A stretch of DNA of 64,000 nucleotides from Paraspadella gotoi (lineage: Eukaryota > Animalia > Chaetognatha). Numbering within the stretch: the stretch's first letter is position 1; every line of letters begins with the position of its first letter. The notes below the pieces were generated by a model. The model saw only the letters and a list, made by a program, of their open reading frames with translations, made no database searches and was not told where the DNA came from. The position numbers and the translations under genes are program-made. Shown here one piece after another: positions 57,663 through 64,000 of the stretch. The stretch spans positions 22,346,833 to 22,410,832 of the forward strand of contig CM119263.1 in the NCBI GenBank assembly GCA_051294375.1, given 5' to 3'.

Positions 57663-58163
57663 CAGAGAGCCATGTCCGCGGCTCTGCAGCTCTCCTCGTA
57701 TTCGGCCAATTAGGACCCTCGATTCGCTCTTTCTTGAAAATCATACCTTGCCAATCATTGCCTTCTCTTCTCGCCTTTTCGCCAATCATCGTCGTTAGTC
57801 GAAGATTTTGTTTTTTTTTTCAGCGACGTCAAAGTCTTAGTTCTCGTCCTTGGTCATAATCGAGGACGCTCATCAAACGCATGCATACATCCGCCATTTT
57901 AAACAGATCTTCGTCGAAAGTCGAGAAATTTCTTTTGTTTCACCGTGCTAAACATTTTTAATTCCTATGACGCACTTGCGCATGCCTCCATTTCATTACT
58001 CTATTTCCTCGACTTGATAAAATTGAAAAAATTGACAATATTTTTCTTTATATTTTTTTAATCGAAAAACTAATTTTCTTATAATTTAAGTGCTTTTTAT
58101 GTTGATGATGTGAAACGGAGAAACAATCTCGACCTTAAGGTTAGCCTGTGGTGTATTCATAAG

Positions 58164-58772
58164 ATGCCTTCGAAAGAGGAAAGCCCGCGATCAAACGCGA
58201 CTTCGAACGAGGACGACAACGAGAACCGTAGAAACGATCGGGAAGGTCGGAAAACATCGCCGTCTCCTTCGCCCCCGCGCGAACGTCGACGCACATCCCG
58301 CGAGCGCCGCAGTTCGGGTCAACGACGAAAACGCTCCTCGCGGTCTCGGTCCCGATCTAAATCCCGCTCGCCCCGACGGGATAGAGATGCGCGGCGTGGA
58401 AGTCGCGATGTAGGTTCGAGGCGTCGGAATTCATCGCCGATCGATCGACGTCGCTTCGACGAGAAACCGCCTGAGTCACGATGCCTCGGCGTGTTTAATT
58501 TGAGTCGCGATTCGCGGGAACGCGACCTCGAACGCGTCTTTAAGCGCTACGGTCCTCTTGACGACGTTGTCATCGTCTACGATCGTCAAACGCAACGCAG
58601 CCGAGGATTCGCCTTCGTCTATTTCGAGAACATTGAGGACGCTCGCGACGCGCGTGACGATTGCTCAGGGATGGACATTGACGGACGACGAATTCGCGTC
58701 GACTTTTCCTTCACCAACAAACCCCACTCGCCGACACCGGGAGTTTATATGGGCCGGCCTGCGAGGCGATAG
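58164..58772 (+). CDS. TRA2: Transformer-2-like SR protein (RS1 + RRM + linker)
   Basis: RS-rich N-terminus, CLGVFNL (RNP2), RGFAFVYF (RNP1), [11 protein letters not shown] and PTPGVYMG linker. Confidence 0.9.
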   Translation: MPSKEESPRSNATSNEDDNENRRNDREGRKTSPSPSPPRERRRTSRERRSSGQRRKRSSRSRSRSKSRSPRRDRDARRGSRDVGSRRRNSSPIDRRRFDEKPPESRCLGVFNLSRDSRERDLERVFKRYGPLDDVVIVYDRQTQRSRGFAFVYFENIEDARDARDDCSGMDIDGRRIRVDFSFTNKPHSPTPGVYMGRPARR

Positions 58773-59240
58773 ACCCTCCGGACGGGCTCACTGACATTCT
58801 ATTATTCTCTGGTCTTTCAGACTCTTTTCAATCAAACGTAAAACTTAAGATTGTCAAGTTGTTTTTCCAAAAACGTTTTCATTCTAATCATGAGCGTTGT
58901 TATCGATTTAAATCTCATTTCTCCTCGTGTGAAGCTTGATTGTTGTTGCTACCGGTTGCTGTACTTATTTTTTCTCAAACTTTTTCCCTTAACCGATGGT
59001 ATTTTTTGTTATTTTTGCAGATCTGGTGAAAAGGCACTCCAGTGACTTTCGCCAGTAACAAGTATTCAAAAATAAAACAAATCCTTTTTCAAGAGTATCG
59101 TCTGAAAAGTTATTTATTCTGACGTTTCCCAAGCTTAAAACAACCTTCAAAAACGCAAAACCTTCTAGCAAACTAAATTTCCTCGATTTTTTAACCTTTT
59201 TCTTCACCCAAAAACTATTTCTAACCCTAAATTCCCCGAA

Positions 59241-61009
<1,769 letters not shown>

Positions 61010-61674
61010 GTATGTTTTCGATTAAGTATACAGTCCTGTGCAAAAAAAAAAAAAAAAAAATCGCGCCACTTTATAACTTTAAATTCCAGACACTCTTTAA
61101 ATATATTTTTAAAAATTATATAAAAAAAATAAAATTTGTTAAAAAAGGAATTAATGTAATTAAATTTTATTACAATCGGTCAATTTGTTTAGGAGATATG
61201 ATTTTTTAAACCTGAGTGTTCCAAAACCAAACGGGGAAAATCGACTTTTATCTGCACGGATTTTTTTTTAACTAGAAAAACTATAAAATGAAAAAGGCTG
61301 TTATTGTGGTTGTGAAAAAGCTTTTGATAGAGCCAAACTTTGTCAATGGGGGGTGGGTCAGAAGTTTGATTTGGGAACCTTCCCAAATGAAACTTCATAC
61401 ATTTCAGGAAAAACTTTCAATGGACCAAATTTTTTTTAAATGGCTTGAAGCATTAGTAATTAATTTTTTTAATATTTATTTATAAATAAGAAATGTTAAA
61501 ACATTTTTTTGGAATTTTTTTATTAAAAGACAGATTCAGATAGCTTATAAAAAGTATAATTTTTTTTATCAATATTTTGATGATAAGTGGGTTAAATTAG
61601 GAAAATGGATTTTTTACAGTTTTTACTATTTTTTAGTAATAAAACATCAAAATTTTAAAAAGTTATAATTATAT

Positions 61675-62435
61675 TTTTATCGACGATCTTGTAACGCTTT
61701 TGCGCATAAGTGGCGTCGTTGTCGGCGTTCCAAATTATAGATCGCCTTTTTGATGATTAAATTTGGGTATATGAAGCTGAAAATTTATATACATCTTCTC
61801 ATCATCGATGTCCGTAAAATTGGGTCAGGACAGTTCTTAAATATGTTTTGTTTACGTTTTATCAAAACAAACAAATTTCCTCTCTTTTATTTTTATGTTT
61901 CCTTCTTTCTCTCTTTTCTGTTTTAATTATATGTAGCTCTCTCTCTCTCTTTTCACCAGTGCTGATTCATCGGGAAAAAAACGAATCTGCAGGGGCTCTT
62001 TCTTTTTCTCTCTTTTCTCCTGCTGCTTCTGCCTTTTGTTTTATTTCTTTTTGTCTCTCTCTTTCTCTCTGCGTTTTTATTTAAAAAAAATTGAATTAGG
62101 ATTGAACTCGTAAAATTAGGCATCGCATTTGTGCATGTTATCATTTTGCTATCGCAACATCGGGTTTTTATTTCGTTTTTGTTCTCAGGGGCTGCATCTG
62201 CTGATCAGTTTCTTTTTGACAATGAAAATTTTTTTTTCTTGTTTTTCCCTTTTTTTTTCCAGAAACTAACTTGAATTTTCCTCGGTACTTCATTATTTTT
62301 TTTAACTGACAATCGCAAAATATAATTTTTCTTTCTATTTATAAATTAATTTTCTTTTCTCAAATTTTATTTTTTTTGGTATCAAAATTTGTCATCAATC
62401 CAGATTTTTCTTATGCGATTGCGACGATCCTTCTA
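61675..62435 (+). mobile_element. HINE-like family B
   Basis: 5' CGACGATCTTGTAACGCTTTTGCGCATAAGTGGCGTCGTTGTC and 3' TGCGATTGCGACGATCC; related ends at ~4955, ~45000-45080 (minus), ~52320 and ~53470. Confidence 0.55.
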
Positions 62436-62580
62436 AGATTTTTTTCTTAACGTTTTGAGCTCTATCAGAATCAATTAAAAAAACTTAGAATATTCCCAAA
62501 AATTTTTGACATTATATAGCAATATAATATTTAGAGAAAAACAAAGTGTTTTTGAATTTATTACGATTTATTTTTAATAG

Positions 62581-62624
62581 ACGGACATGTTTCGACTCTT
62601 TGAGTTCGAGTCTCCATCAGCATT
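62581..62624 (-). ncRNA. Minimal hammerhead motif with core substitution
   Basis: ATG-CTGATGG-A-GACTC-gaactcaaa-GAGTC-GAAACATGTC|CGT; A9 appears changed to G. Confidence 0.6.
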
Positions 62625-64000
62625 AAATATTAAAAAACAATGAAAAGAAAGGATTATCACATGTAGCAATATAATAAAATTAGCGAATTACTCATGGTTC
62701 GGAACATTTTTGCAAAAAAATATTTTAACACAATAATTAATACCAATAATGGATAAGTTTAATGCTGTTCCCATTAAAATTTGAATTCGGTCGGCTACCG
62801 CTCCTTTGACATTCAGATTGTTCAGACATATACTCCAATGTTTGTATCTATAAGACAAACCAAAATTTTAAAACTTTTTTTTTTATAAAAATATATCTTA
62901 TAACAAAAAGGTCCTATTCAAATGTAAAAAATTTGCCTTTTTAAAATTTGATCATGCCATTGATGAGCATATAACTAAGAAAGTAAGCAAGCTGGATTAC
63001 TGGGAGTTAAAAAATAAAAAACGTCAACAATTTTTTAATCAGGATAACCAATTTGAAGTCGCTATATCAGATAATTTGGCTATAGTATTTGATCCTTTCA
63101 TTTTACTCCCATTTGAAATCCGTGTAAAAGTTTCAGAATCTTTTTATCTTTCATCGTACGTTTTAATAACCCTAAGATTATTATTTAGGGATCTGGGTCA
63201 ATACAGTTATCCAGCTATCCCTCCGGATATCCAGTATAATTTTTTTTTCATTTTTAATCTACTTCAAGTATAGTAAAATATCAGAAGAAAAAAGATTAGT
63301 CTTAAATCTATCAGATTTTTTTTGCTTCAGTTTTGCGGTAGAGTACTTCATTTTAAAAAATGTTTGCTCCTAAATGCACGGCCCGATTTTAATAAAATTT
63401 ATGCCAAACTTCCAATAAACTTTATATCACTTTTAAAATTTTTTAAAAAGTAAAATTTATACGGTGATTTTTCAAAGTCTGAAATAAAGTGGCGCTTTTT
63501 TTTTTGCACAGGACTGTATAGTATATGCGTATTATTAAGTACAGAAGGCTTCATATTATAAAATGTGGTAACCCTTTTTTGTGACCAGAACACGTTCCGA
63601 GAAAACTACTGGACCAAATTTATTGAAATTTAGTATGAACGATCCCTATGTGAATATAAATAGAACTATCGAGGCGAATTTCAATATTTGACCCCTGAGC
63701 CGAGATATGGGGCCCCGGAGGGGTCACCCTTAGGGGCAATAAATGGTCAATTTTTTCATTATTTTTGTTTTGAACAGTTACATATACGTTTACTTTTCCA
63801 CAAAAACGTTTTAATTACCACAGAAATATGTTTAAAACGTCAATGCGCCTGATGCCACTAAAAAATTTCAAAAAATTTCAAAAAAAATTAGGTTTTTTTT
63901 GCCCCCCAGGGGTTCACCCCCAGGGCCCTGTATCTGTTGTCAGGGGTTGAATATTAAAATTTGCCTCGATAGTTCCATTTATATCGTCATTAAGACTCTA

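Larger units (their letters stand above)
61031..63516. mobile_element. Non-autonomous Tc1/mariner-like element (TA TSD) with nested repeats
   Basis: TA|CAGTCCTGTGCAAAAA..GCGCCACTTTAT...ATAAAGTGGCGC..TTTTGCACAGGACTG|TA. Confidence 0.8.

Overview
AT-rich, gene-dense genomic DNA from an invertebrate metazoan (species not determinable) with short GT-AG introns plus several introns expanded by transposons. Genes: an intronless histone H3.3 with a replication-type stem-loop; NEK1; two tandem TDG paralogs (-); THADA (+) with a complete DD3-3-like gene nested antisense in one intron; PFDN6 (-); DLST (-); and a tight same-strand run ACBD3, SDR, MRPS30, PSMC3, TRA2, DDX5/17 (partial) that looks operon-like. 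Introns hold DINE-1/HINE-like elements, TA- and TTAA-flanked non-autonomous DNA transposons, a tRNA-derived SINE and Penelope-type fragments. Best hunt result: two classes of self-cleaving ribozyme motifs carried by mobile elements. One is a 253-bp structured retroposon in 3 copies built around a circularly permuted (P5-type) twister fold, with one copy sense-oriented in an MRPS30 intron. The other is a set of minimal hammerheads, including a ~790-bp palindrome with a hammerhead in each arm. Exon boundaries and RNA folds were read by eye; no database searches were run.
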